64,000 bases of DNA, taken from the NCBI GenBank assembly GCA_945865925.1, contig CAMBFG010000006.1, forward strand, positions 64,760 to 128,759. Direction: 5' to 3'. Origin of the DNA: Dehalococcoides mccartyi. GTDB lineage: Bacteria; Chloroflexota; Dehalococcoidia; UBA2979. Below the pieces are notes generated by a model. That model saw nothing but the letters and a program-made list of their open reading frames with translations, did no database searches and had not been told where the DNA came from. Position 1 is the stretch's first letter. The number at the start of each line of letters is the position of its first letter. The position numbers were made by a program, and so were the translations under genes. Of the stretch, positions 38,527 to 47,571 are shown in pieces.

Positions 38527-39084
38527 CTAGACCGACAGGAGCTCGCGCTCCTTCTCCTTCGCCATCACCTCGATCTTCTCGACGTACTGCTGGGTGAGGC
38601 GGTCGATCTCGGCAGAGGCGTTGTCGCTCTCGTTCTCGGAGATACTGCCGTCCTTCAGGGCCTTCTTGACCTCGTCGTGAGCGTGACGGCGGATGTTGCG
38701 GACGGAGACGCGCGACTCCTCGGTCTTGGTGTGGACCTGCTTCGTCATCTCTTTGCGCCGCTGTTCGGTGAGCGGGGGGATGGGGAGGCGGATGATGCGG
38801 CCGTCGCTGTTCGGTGTGATGCCGATGTCGGACGCCTGGATCGCCTTGATGATCGCGTCCACCGTGGTGCGGTCGAACGGCGTGATGCTGATCAACTGCG
38901 CCTCGGGCGTGGCGAGGTTGGCGAGCTGGATGAGGGTCATCTTCGCGCCGTACACATCGACCATGAGGTGCTCGACGAGGGCGGTGGAGGCGCGGCCGGT
39001 GCGCACGCCCGTGAGGTCACGTTCGAAGGCGTTGACGGCGCCTTCCATCTTGCCTTCGGCCTCAAGGAGGATCTCGTCGGTCAT
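38527..39084 (-). CDS. frr: Ribosome recycling factor
   Basis: RTGRA, P.LTEQRR, RNIRR, KE.EL. Confidence 0.96.
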   Translation of the reverse strand: MTDEILLEAEGKMEGAVNAFERDLTGVRTGRASTALVEHLMVDVYGAKMTLIQLANLATPEAQLISITPFDRTTVDAIIKAIQASDIGITPNSDGRIIRLPIPPLTEQRRKEMTKQVHTKTEESRVSVRNIRRHAHDEVKKALKDGSISENESDNASAEIDRLTQQYVEKIEVMAKEKERELLSV

Positions 39085-39115
39085 CGCGACCTCCAGGACT
39101 GCGCGGGTGGTGGGT

Positions 39116-39155
39116 GAGGGCGAGCGTACCGCAATCCTGCCGGGCGCTCGCCCTC
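39116..39155. other. 11-bp inverted repeat in the tsf-frr spacer
   Basis: GAGGGCGAGCG (39116-39126) / CGCTCGCCCTC (39145-39155). Confidence 0.6.
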
Positions 39156-39176
39156 GAATGGCTGCCGTGAAGGCGG

Positions 39177-39689
39177 CTACTTGCCGCCGATCTCGAAGCG
39201 GGAGAAGCGGGCGATGCGCACGTTCTCGCCGGTGGTGGAGATCACGTCCTGAAGCAGGTCGGCGATGGACTTCTTGCTGTCCTTGATGAACGCCTGCGTG
39301 AGGAGGGCGTTCTCCTCCTTCGTGCCGGGCGCGCCATCCGGGACCTCGTCCGCGGTCAGGGCGAGCGGGCTCATGGCGGCGACCTGCATGGCGACGTCGC
39401 GGGCGAGGCCCTTGAACGCGTCCGTGCGGGCGACAAAGTCGGTCTCGCACTGCAGTTCCACGATGGCGCCGATGCGGCCCTGGCCGTGGATGTAGGCCTC
39501 CACGATGCCCTGGCCGGTCTGGCGGTCGGAACGCTTCGCGGCAGCGGCGACGCCGCGCTCGCGCAGGAGTTCCTTCGCCTTGTTGAAGTCGCCGCCGGCT
39601 TCCTCAAGGGCCTTCTTCGCGTCCATGACGCCCGCGCTGGTCTCCTCGCGGAGCCGCTTCACGTCCTCAGTGCTGATAGCCACAGTCAT
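39177..39689 (-). CDS. tsf: Elongation factor Ts (short form)
   Basis: VKRLRE.T.AG.MD.KKAL, CETDFVA, GEN..I.RF.R. Confidence 0.96.
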   Translation of the reverse strand: MTVAISTEDVKRLREETSAGVMDAKKALEEAGGDFNKAKELLRERGVAAAAKRSDRQTGQGIVEAYIHGQGRIGAIVELQCETDFVARTDAFKGLARDVAMQVAAMSPLALTADEVPDGAPGTKEENALLTQAFIKDSKKSIADLLQDVISTTGENVRIARFSRFEIGGK

Positions 39690-39771
39690 GCTCCTCGGCT
39701 GGCCCGACCACGCTGGGTCGGGCGGGGATGCGGGCGCACGGGTCACCCGCACGCCCGAGGTCGGGCGCGGA

Positions 39772-40506
39772 CTACTCCCGCGCGGCTTGGTACTGCTGCT
39801 CGACTTCGCCGACCGCGACGCCCTCGAGGACGGCGTCCGCGATGCGGCCCGTCATCAACTGGATGGCGCGGATCGCGTCGTCGTTCGACGGGATCGGGAA
39901 GTCGACGTGGTCCGGGTCGGCGTTCGTGTCGCACATGGCGATGATCGGGACGCCGGCACGGCGGGCTTCCTGGACGGCGTTCGCCTCCATCGTCGGGTCG
40001 ACGACGAAGACAGCGCCGGGGAGTCGGGTCATGTTGCGCAGGCCGCCGAAGGCGCGCTCAAGGCGCTCGTAGTCTTTCGCCAGCATCATTTGCTCGCGCT
40101 TGGTCAGGCCTTCGGCGTCCAGGACTTCTTCGCCGGCCTTGATGCGGGCCTCGAGGCTCTTGAAGTACTCGATGCGGCGGCTGACGGTGATGAAGTTGGT
40201 GAGCGTGCCACCGAGCCAGCGGCTGGTGACGTAGGGCTGCCCGGCACGGGTGGCCTCGGCGATGATGATGCCGCGGGCCTGCTTCTTGGTGCCGATGAAG
40301 AGCACCTGGTCGCCCGCGGAGACGACCTCCTGCACCTTGGTCACGGCGGCGTCGAGGCCCTTGACCGTGAGTGCGAGGTCCAGGATGTGGATGCCGTTAC
40401 GGGCGGTGAAGATGAAGCGCCCCATGTGGGGGTTCCATCGACGGGTCTGGTGGCCGAAGTGAACTCCGGCCTCCAGCATCTGACGCATGCTGACGCCTGC
40501 AGCCAT
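39772..40506 (-). CDS. rpsB: 30S ribosomal protein S2
   Basis: LEAGVHFGH, RWLGGTLTN, DTN.DP, NDDAIR. Confidence 0.98.
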   Translation of the reverse strand: MAAGVSMRQMLEAGVHFGHQTRRWNPHMGRFIFTARNGIHILDLALTVKGLDAAVTKVQEVVSAGDQVLFIGTKKQARGIIIAEATRAGQPYVTSRWLGGTLTNFITVSRRIEYFKSLEARIKAGEEVLDAEGLTKREQMMLAKDYERLERAFGGLRNMTRLPGAVFVVDPTMEANAVQEARRAGVPIIAMCDTNADPDHVDFPIPSNDDAIRAIQLMTGRIADAVLEGVAVGEVEQQYQAARE

Positions 40507-40674
40507 CGCTGCCTCTCTTTCTCGCGCGGCCTCCGTATAGATTTACCCGTGCTGGACGCCCGGGCAGGACGGTGGCTCACCTGTTCTCGTGACTCGGTTG
40601 AGTATGGGGCAGGGGTGGCGGAGGCGCCAACGTTCCGGAGATGAGTGATCCTCGAAAAAGCAGATGAGAACATA

Positions 40675-40690
40675 TGTTTCACGTGAAACA
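40675..40690. promoter_or_regulatory. parS centromere-like site
   Basis: Perfect 16-bp palindrome TGTTTCACGTGAAACA, the widely conserved ParB-binding consensus. Confidence 0.9.
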
Positions 40691-40935
40691 GGGCGAGCTA
40701 GATTCGATCGGGATAGGGGGCGGCGGTCCCGATGGGGTCGGGAGGCGCCTGAGGCGTCGCGCGCGGGGGGTTCTGCGCACCGGTTGTACTCGGATCTGAG
40801 TCGCGCCGACTCAGATCCTTGGGGCTGTGTCGAAGGCCCTTGGGTGACACCTTGGACTTGGTGATCCTGGTGCGGTCGTTGTCCCGTCTGGCGAGGGGTG
40901 CCTAGACTCGGGGTGACCGGGTTCGGGGAGGTTCT

Positions 40936-41277
40936 ATGCCGACGTATGAGTACAAGTGCTCGGCGGGGCATCAGTACGAGATGCAGCAGCCATTCGGGTC
41001 ACCGGCGGAGCAGCCGTGTACGAAGTGCGGGAAGCCTGCGCTCCGGGTGCTCTTCGCGCCGCCGCTCGTCTTCAAGGGTGGCGGCTTCTACAAGACCTCC
41101 AGCCGAGGCGACCAGCGCATCGCGTCGCAGCAGGCCTCCGGTGACTCCGAGCCCGAGACGAAGTCGTTCAACGCGGGCCTCGACGACTCGACGAAGCCCG
41201 GCGCCTCCGAGGCCCAGGGCAAGCGCAAGGAGAAGGTCGAGCGCGCCGAGCCTCCTGCGAAGGTCAAAGACGAGTAG
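40936..41277 (+). CDS. FmdB-family zinc-ribbon protein
   Basis: MPTYEYKC..GH..E...C..CG....FKGGGFY. Confidence 0.9.
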   Translation: MPTYEYKCSAGHQYEMQQPFGSPAEQPCTKCGKPALRVLFAPPLVFKGGGFYKTSSRGDQRIASQQASGDSEPETKSFNAGLDDSTKPGASEAQGKRKEKVERAEPPAKVKDE

Positions 41278-41299
41278 CGCGGTCGGATAGGCGCCCCTC

Positions 41300-41773
41300 G
41301 TGCGCGCCGTCCTCCAACGTGTCCTGCGTGCCTCCGTCACGGTCGACGGTGCCCTGATCTGTGCGATCGAGGGCGGCCTGCTCGTGTACCTCGGCATCGC
41401 CCCCGACGACACCGAGGCCGAGGTGGAGTGGTTCGCGCGCAAGGTGTCGGAGATGCGCATCTTCGAGGGCGCCGGCGATCGCGCGGGGCAGATGGACCGC
41501 GCGGTCGGCGAGGCGGGCAGTTCCGTCCTCGTCGTCTCGCAGTTCACGCTCTACGCCGACACGCGGAAGGGCCGCCGTCCCTCGTTCGTCGACGCCGCCC
41601 CACCCGAGGTCGCCGCGCCACTCATCGAACGGTGCATGGACGCGCTCCGCGCCCGCGGCCTGCGCGTCGAGGGCGGCCGGTTCGGTGCGCACATGATCGT
41701 GGACGCGGTGAACGATGGCCCCGTGACGATCTTGCTCGACAGCGAGGAGATGGGCCGGTCTCGACGCGGGTAG
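41300..41773 (+). CDS. dtd: D-aminoacyl-tRNA deacylase
   Basis: MRAVLQRV, SQFTL, KGRRPSF, NDGPVT. Confidence 0.96.
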   Translation: MRAVLQRVLRASVTVDGALICAIEGGLLVYLGIAPDDTEAEVEWFARKVSEMRIFEGAGDRAGQMDRAVGEAGSSVLVVSQFTLYADTRKGRRPSFVDAAPPEVAAPLIERCMDALRARGLRVEGGRFGAHMIVDAVNDGPVTILLDSEEMGRSRRG

Positions 41774-41776
41774 GGG

Positions 41777-42214
41777 CTACCGCTTCGCCTTGACCGCCGC
41801 CTTTTTCGCTACCGGCTTCTTGCTTGCCGCCTTCGCCACGGCCTTCGCCGCCTCAGCCTCGATGTTCTCTTGCACTCGATGCTTCGTCATCGCGGTGATC
41901 AGGCGCACGGGCACGGGCTTGTCGAGCGGGAAGCGGATCGTTCCCTTGTCGCCGACATCGTACGCCGACAGTTCGTCGCCGAACGTCGCGAGCAGCGAGG
42001 CCGACGTGGGGTAGAGCGAGTAGTGCTGCTTCCATCCGGCGTAGTGGAAGACCGCACCGTGCAGCTTGAACGCGCCGATCTGGTACGAGATCACCTCGTC
42101 AGCGCCGGGCGCACCCTTGCGGATCGCGCCTCGGACCTTCGCGAGGACGGCCTGCACGTCCTCGGGGAACGAGGCGATGTAGTCGTCGACGGTGGTGAAG
42201 TCCGTCTTGGCCAT
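41777..42214 (-). CDS. DUF1801/YdhG-like protein
   Basis: VDDYIA.FP, E.ISY.I, HYSLYP, KGTIRFP. Confidence 0.85.
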   Translation of the reverse strand: MAKTDFTTVDDYIASFPEDVQAVLAKVRGAIRKGAPGADEVISYQIGAFKLHGAVFHYAGWKQHYSLYPTSASLLATFGDELSAYDVGDKGTIRFPLDKPVPVRLITAMTKHRVQENIEAEAAKAVAKAASKKPVAKKAAVKAKR

Positions 42215-42331
42215 CTGAGTTCTCCATGCCAATCATCGAGGGGGCCGCAGGTATCGAGATTATCAAGGACGAGGCAGGGTCGTTACGGGTTTGCGACGTG
42301 AGCGGGACGCCTCGGTTGTTAGAGTGACTGC

Positions 42332-43033
42332 ATGGATCTGTCGACAATCGAACGCATCTTCCTCGGTGACGGCTCATGGACGTTCGTCTTCGAGATCGTC
42401 TTCCGCACCATGTTCCTGTACGGGTTCATGTTCGTCCTGATGCGGCTGATGGGCCGTCGTTCGGTCACTGAACTCTCCGTCGTCGAGATCCTCCTGATCA
42501 TCGCGCTCGGCTCAGCCGTCGGTGACCCGATGTTTTACCCGGACGTCCCGCTGCTGCACGGCATGGCCGTGATCACTACCGTCGTCACACTCAATCGGGC
42601 GGTGTCGTTCCTCATCAACCGCAGCGACCGCATCGAGCGCCTCGTCGAGGGGCCCCTCGTACGTGTCGTCCATGAGGGCCACCTCGACCTCCCCGGCTTC
42701 GAGGCAGTCGAGATTGCACGGGAGGAGGCCTTTGCCCTGTTGCGCCTCAGCGGCGTCGAACACCTCGGCCAGGTGCGCGCCGCTTACCTCGAACAGAACG
42801 GGGAACTCAGCATCTTCCGTTACCCACCGGGCGAGGAGCGCGTTGGCCTGCCGATCGAGCCGCCCGAGGACGTCGAGCCGTTGGAGCGCTACGAGTTGGG
42901 GGCGCCGGTGCCCGCCGCGGGGCACTATGCGTGCTGGTCCTGCGGCGAGACTCGACTGCATGAAGAACAGATGCCGGTAGCAGCGTGCGCGTGCGAGCAC
43001 GGGTTCCGGGTGAAGGCGGCTGGCCGGGGTTAG
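42332..43033 (+). CDS. DUF421/YetF membrane protein with C-terminal Cys-rich tail
   Basis: RLMGRR, GSAVGDPMFY, LEQNGELS. Confidence 0.85.
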   Translation: MDLSTIERIFLGDGSWTFVFEIVFRTMFLYGFMFVLMRLMGRRSVTELSVVEILLIIALGSAVGDPMFYPDVPLLHGMAVITTVVTLNRAVSFLINRSDRIERLVEGPLVRVVHEGHLDLPGFEAVEIAREEAFALLRLSGVEHLGQVRAAYLEQNGELSIFRYPPGEERVGLPIEPPEDVEPLERYELGAPVPAAGHYACWSCGETRLHEEQMPVAACACEHGFRVKAAGRG

Positions 43034-43057
43034 CCGGCCGGCCCCCTCAGCCCTCGC

Positions 43058-44656
43058 CTACCGCGGCCCGTCGCACGTCAGGCGATCCTCGTTCTCGGCC
43101 ACGAGTCGCGAGACGCGCGCGCGAGACCAGTTCCACGAGCGCAGTCCATCGCCGTCCTCGGACTGACGGTCGCGGATCGCGGTGGCCAGGATGCACTGCT
43201 CCGCGGCGGGCAGGGTGTCGAAGCGCTCGATCAGAGTGGGGATCGCGTCCGCACTGAGGATCGAGGCGTATGTGGCGTCGAACGGGCGTCCATCGTCCAA
43301 CCTCGCGAGGTTGGTGCGCGCGATGAAGCTGTCGGGGTTGAGGGCGGTGATCGCGAGGAGCACGCCAACGGCGAGGAGCGCGGCGCCAGCAAGGAAGTGC
43401 TCCATTCGGCGTCGCGCGACGGAGACGAGGAACCATACGAGCGCGACGGCGAGCCACGGGAGCGTCGCCGCGGCGTAGAGGCGGGACTCGGTGAGGCCGA
43501 AGGCGTCGCGGTAGATCGCGAGGCGCTGCCAGGCCGAGGCCATGATCACGAAGAGCAGCGCGACGAGCGTGATCGAGAATCCGATGAAGAGCCGCGAGGA
43601 AGCAACGTCTCGCTTCCGCGCCCAGTCGATGCCGGCCAGTACCGGCAAGAGCAGGAGCGACGCGACGACGAGTTGGAAGAAGCCCTCGCGCGCGTACTGC
43701 GCGTAGGTCAGGTCGATCGAGGATGTCACGGCGTCTTCGCCACCGAAGAGATAGCGGATCTGCACGACGACAAACAGCGCGAACAGCGTCGACAGCAGGC
43801 CCAGCGCAATCGCGACCTCGACGCGGCCGAGGCGGTGACGCTCGGGGACGGCGACCGCGATCTCGTTGGGGAGCGTGACGGCGACCGAGGTCGTGAGGGC
43901 CCCCGCCGCGACGACGAAGCCGAAGATCAGCCACCACACGTGAGGCCCGACTCCGTCGAAGTCGAGGTCAATGACACGGTCGACCTGCGCGGCGAACACA
44001 GCGTCGGCAGCCCGGAAGAGCAGTCCGAAGACGACGAGCAACGGGACGGTGAGCAGGACGATGCGCAGCGCGAGCAGCGCACGCCCTGCGCTGCGGCCTC
44101 GACCGGCGGTCTGCCACTGGCCTGCGGTCGCCAGCCGCAAGATCGAGATGGGGAACGAGACCCCGACGGCGATGGCGGCGGCGATGCCGGCGACGGGACT
44201 GACTCGCCGGACCGCGAGCCCAGGAGCGAGCCCGAACCCGATGGCGAGGAGGGCCAGCGCGCTCAGGATGCCGAAGACCGTGAGCGCGTCGGAGTCACGC
44301 CATCCCGACACCGAGCAGAGCAGCACGGCAATAGCCAGCACCGCGACTCGGTCAGCGGGAAGCGGCCGTCCGAAGCGCCGACCGGCAACGATCGCGAGCC
44401 CGACGATCGAGGCGACCCATACGGGAAAGTTGATCCCCAGGTCCGTCTGATGGAAGAGGACATCCGTCCATACCGCGATCAGCGCGGCGAAGCCGGCCAG
44501 CAGTCGGACCTGTGCGGCGGACAGCGCGAGGCGAGGCACGAGCAGTCGTTCGGCATACCCCGCGAAGGCGCTCATCGGAAGCGTCGGTGATGGGTGGACG
44601 TCGGCCTGCGACGGTTCGCCCAATGGCGCTGCCGCCTGATCCAGGAAGCCAGTCAC
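43058..44656 (-). CDS. DUF4153/DUF4173-like polytopic membrane protein
   Basis: ADAVF, Q..YLFG, YA.YAR.GFFQL, RL..Y..AFGLT..R, LS.DA.P; start uncertain. Confidence 0.8.
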   Translation of the reverse strand: MTGFLDQAAAPLGEPSQADVHPSPTLPMSAFAGYAERLLVPRLALSAAQVRLLAGFAALIAVWTDVLFHQTDLGINFPVWVASIVGLAIVAGRRFGRPLPADRVAVLAIAVLLCSVSGWRDSDALTVFGILSALALLAIGFGLAPGLAVRRVSPVAGIAAAIAVGVSFPISILRLATAGQWQTAGRGRSAGRALLALRIVLLTVPLLVVFGLLFRAADAVFAAQVDRVIDLDFDGVGPHVWWLIFGFVVAAGALTTSVAVTLPNEIAVAVPERHRLGRVEVAIALGLLSTLFALFVVVQIRYLFGGEDAVTSSIDLTYAQYAREGFFQLVVASLLLLPVLAGIDWARKRDVASSRLFIGFSITLVALLFVIMASAWQRLAIYRDAFGLTESRLYAAATLPWLAVALVWFLVSVARRRMEHFLAGAALLAVGVLLAITALNPDSFIARTNLARLDDGRPFDATYASILSADAIPTLIERFDTLPAAEQCILATAIRDRQSEDGDGLRSWNWSRARVSRLVAENEDRLTCDGPR

Positions 44657-44875
44657 GCTTACCTCGTCAGACCCGCCCTGAGAATGAGGGTACCGCATAA
44701 CCGCGCGCCCTGTGGCAGGTGATGATGGCCTGCCCGACGCCCCTGGGCCTACTTGGCCTCGACGAGGTACATCGAGTCTGCTGATGGCCATCAACGATCG
44801 CCGGACCGCACTGGAACAACGTCCGGAGTGCACGCGTTCTAGAGTGCAAGCGGTGAGTACTCGAAGGCGGACGGC

Positions 44876-46066
44876 ATGACTCGGTTAGCGTTGCTGGCCT
44901 CGATGTTCGTGGTGGCACTCGTTGTCGCCGGGTGTGAGGACAAGCCCGCTCCGGCCGCAGATCCGACCACGTCGCCGACAGCGAACACGATATCGCCGTC
45001 TGAGGCGGCTCCTCGAACGGCTCCGACGGCCAGTGCCACCGCCACCGAGTCGAGAAGTACTGCGCCCCCGTCCGACATCCCAGCCCTTCCCGTAGCGACC
45101 CCGCCGGATCGCTTCATCGTGAAGCGTGCTGACGGTCTCTGGCTCACCTCACTAGCGCATCCCGAACAGAATGAACGTCTGGCTTCGTCAGAGTTCGCCT
45201 ATGCAGGTGCAGTGACCGCTGGTTCCAATGCCGGGATCTACTACATCGCATCCCTCGCTGCCGGCGTCGGGAATGTCGAATTCGGTCTGTTCCGGAAACG
45301 GTCCGGCCAGGCGAGTACTCGAGTCGCCTCCGACTTCTCCGCGGTCTGCTGTGACGTTGCGATCTCACCGGACGGCGAGCACCTTGCGTATATCTCCCAC
45401 GACGGCCTGCGCATCCGAACACTCTCGTCGGGCACTGACCGCCTTGTTGACGCCCACGGGATGGGAGTGTGCAGAAGACCCGACGACTCAGGATGTGCTC
45501 GTCTGGTCCAACCCAAATGGACGACAGACGGCAGAGGTTTGACTTTCGGGGAAACAGGATACGAACAAGATCCTGTTCGTTACCTCATCGCTTCGTTTGC
45601 TAGGCCCGCTACACGGGTTCTCGTGGGCGGTGAGCTCGCACCTGATGGGCTCCAGACCTGCCACGAAGGCTATTCGAATGCACGAGGAAACCGGATCCGG
45701 TACCGCCCGAGTCCGGCACGACCTGAAGTGTTCCTTCAGCTGCTCGCGCCGCCAGGCCAGATGCTTCGGGCAATCAGTTGTGGCTGGTCTCAGGAGAGCG
45801 ATCTGGCTGCGACCTATCAGAGTTATGACGCACGTCAGGAGATGAGTCTGCTAGTCGCCGTGTTTCGGAGTGGGATACCCCAATGGACGACGGAGATCGC
45901 GGGGGTCAGGGGCTATCCGCTCGTTGGTGGGTGGCTCAGTGACTCTTCCGGAGTGGTCGTCGAAGTGTTACTAGGTCAAGGGGAGGAGCAGCATTTTCTG
46001 GTGACACGGGACAACGTCTCGGCACTCAATATCGACGGTAGGGTGATAGATATCTTGCCTGAATAG
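44876..46066 (+). CDS. Accessory lipoprotein, beta-propeller (TolB-like repeats)
   Basis: Lipobox VVAGC, Pro/Thr linker, ISPDG..LAY and W..DG repeats; AT-richer. Confidence 0.72.
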   Translation: MTRLALLASMFVVALVVAGCEDKPAPAADPTTSPTANTISPSEAAPRTAPTASATATESRSTAPPSDIPALPVATPPDRFIVKRADGLWLTSLAHPEQNERLASSEFAYAGAVTAGSNAGIYYIASLAAGVGNVEFGLFRKRSGQASTRVASDFSAVCCDVAISPDGEHLAYISHDGLRIRTLSSGTDRLVDAHGMGVCRRPDDSGCARLVQPKWTTDGRGLTFGETGYEQDPVRYLIASFARPATRVLVGGELAPDGLQTCHEGYSNARGNRIRYRPSPARPEVFLQLLAPPGQMLRAISCGWSQESDLAATYQSYDARQEMSLLVAVFRSGIPQWTTEIAGVRGYPLVGGWLSDSSGVVVEVLLGQGEEQHFLVTRDNVSALNIDGRVIDILPE

Positions 46067-46118
46067 CATCGGGCGACAATCCCGCGTCGCACTGAGCGAT
46101 GCGCCAGACGGTCCGATC

Positions 46119-46667
46119 TCAGGTGGCTGCGAACACAGCCAGCCCTCTCGCGACGGCGTCCTGGACGCGGTCTGCGGTGGCGCGTGCATCGATGTCGGCC
46201 GAGGTATCGAGGGTAGCGCCGGGGATCGCGCCGCTCGCGGTGTCGCGCGACAACTCCAGGTGGAGCACGCGGACGCGGCCGTGGATCGAGTGCTCGCGCG
46301 CGGCATCGCGTTGCAGGGCGACCTCGAGCGTTGGGAGCAGGGTGACGAGGTGGGTGGGGGCGCCGATGCCTTCGAGGGCGGCGCGGTAGAGGGGGGCGGC
46401 CTCGGCGGTCACGACATCGGAGATCACCACGGCGTAGCGGAGCGCGATCGACTCGCGGGCGATGGCGCAGGCGTTGCGGATGGCGAGCAGGCGCTGCTCC
46501 TGGGCCTGGCGGTCGGTCTCCCAGGGGCGGCGGTAGCCGGCCTTCACGGCGTGGCGGAGGTCGTCCACCTCGATGTGGACCATGCGGTCGAAGCGTTCGC
46601 AGAGGGCTTCGGCGACGCTGGTCTTCCCGGCGCCGGGGGGGCCGCTGAGGATGATGATCTGCTCCAC
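46119..46667 (-). CDS. P-loop nucleoside/nucleotide kinase-like protein (AAA_33 type)
   Basis: ILSGPPGAGKTS, R...R lid, LDTS. Confidence 0.85.
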   Translation of the reverse strand: MEQIIILSGPPGAGKTSVAEALCERFDRMVHIEVDDLRHAVKAGYRRPWETDRQAQEQRLLAIRNACAIARESIALRYAVVISDVVTAEAAPLYRAALEGIGAPTHLVTLLPTLEVALQRDAAREHSIHGRVRVLHLELSRDTASGAIPGATLDTSADIDARATADRVQDAVARGLAVFAAT

Positions 46668-46680
46668 GGGGCGTGCCTTC

Positions 46681-47571
46681 CTAGGCGGGGCGGACGTCGA
46701 GGGAGATATCGAGGGCGGGGGCGGAGTGGGTGAGCGCGCCGCAGGAGATGAGGTCGACGCCGGTGGCGGCGACGTCCGCGATGGTGGCGAAGGTGATGCC
46801 GCCGGAGGCCTCGAAGAGGACGCGCGCGTAGGCCGGTTCTTTGCGGGCGTCCGCGACGATGGCGGCCATCATCTCCGGCGTCATGTTGTCGAGCAGGATG
46901 ACGTCCGCGCCACCCTCGAGGGCGGCAAAGGCCATCGCGGGGGTGGTGACCTCGATCTCCAGGCGGAGCGTGTGTGGGACCTCGGCGCGTACGGAGGCGA
47001 GGAGCGCGGGGATGGCGACGCCGCGGTGGGCGGCGGCCTCGATGTGGTTGTCCTTGATCAGGACGCCGTCCTGCAGCGTGTCGCGGTGGTTGCGCGCGCC
47101 GCCGACACGCACGGCATAGCGTTCGAGGGCGCGGAGGCCGGGCGTGGTCTTGCGTGTGTCGACGACGCGCGCGCGGCCGCCCTTCGCCGCCGCCTCGACG
47201 TACTGGCGCGAGAGGGTGGCGATGCCGCTCATGCGCTGCATGAGGTTGAGCGCGACGCGCTCGCCCGACAGCATCGGACCGAGCGGGCCCTTCACGGTCG
47301 CGACGACGGTGCCGGACTCGACCCACGCGCCCTCGGGTGTGGTCGCGTGGAGCGCGATGCCGGGGTTCACCTGGCGGAAGACGTGCGCGACGACATCGAT
47401 GCCGCAGACGACACCGTCCTGCTTGTAGAGGATGGTCGCTTCGCCTCGCTGGTCAGGGGTGACGGTCGCGCGGGTCGTCACGTCGAAGCCCGCGCGGTCC
47501 TCGGCAAGTGCGTTCGCGACGATCGCCGCGACGACGGATGCCGCCGGCGGGGAGGCCTCGTTGTTTGTCAT
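46681..47571 (-). CDS. nadC: Quinolinate phosphoribosyltransferase
   Basis: ALAED, ER.ALN..Q.MSGIAT, DTRKTTPG, IKDNH, LLDN, EASGG. Confidence 0.96.
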   Translation of the reverse strand: MTNNEASPPAASVVAAIVANALAEDRAGFDVTTRATVTPDQRGEATILYKQDGVVCGIDVVAHVFRQVNPGIALHATTPEGAWVESGTVVATVKGPLGPMLSGERVALNLMQRMSGIATLSRQYVEAAAKGGRARVVDTRKTTPGLRALERYAVRVGGARNHRDTLQDGVLIKDNHIEAAAHRGVAIPALLASVRAEVPHTLRLEIEVTTPAMAFAALEGGADVILLDNMTPEMMAAIVADARKEPAYARVLFEASGGITFATIADVAATGVDLISCGALTHSAPALDISLDVRPA

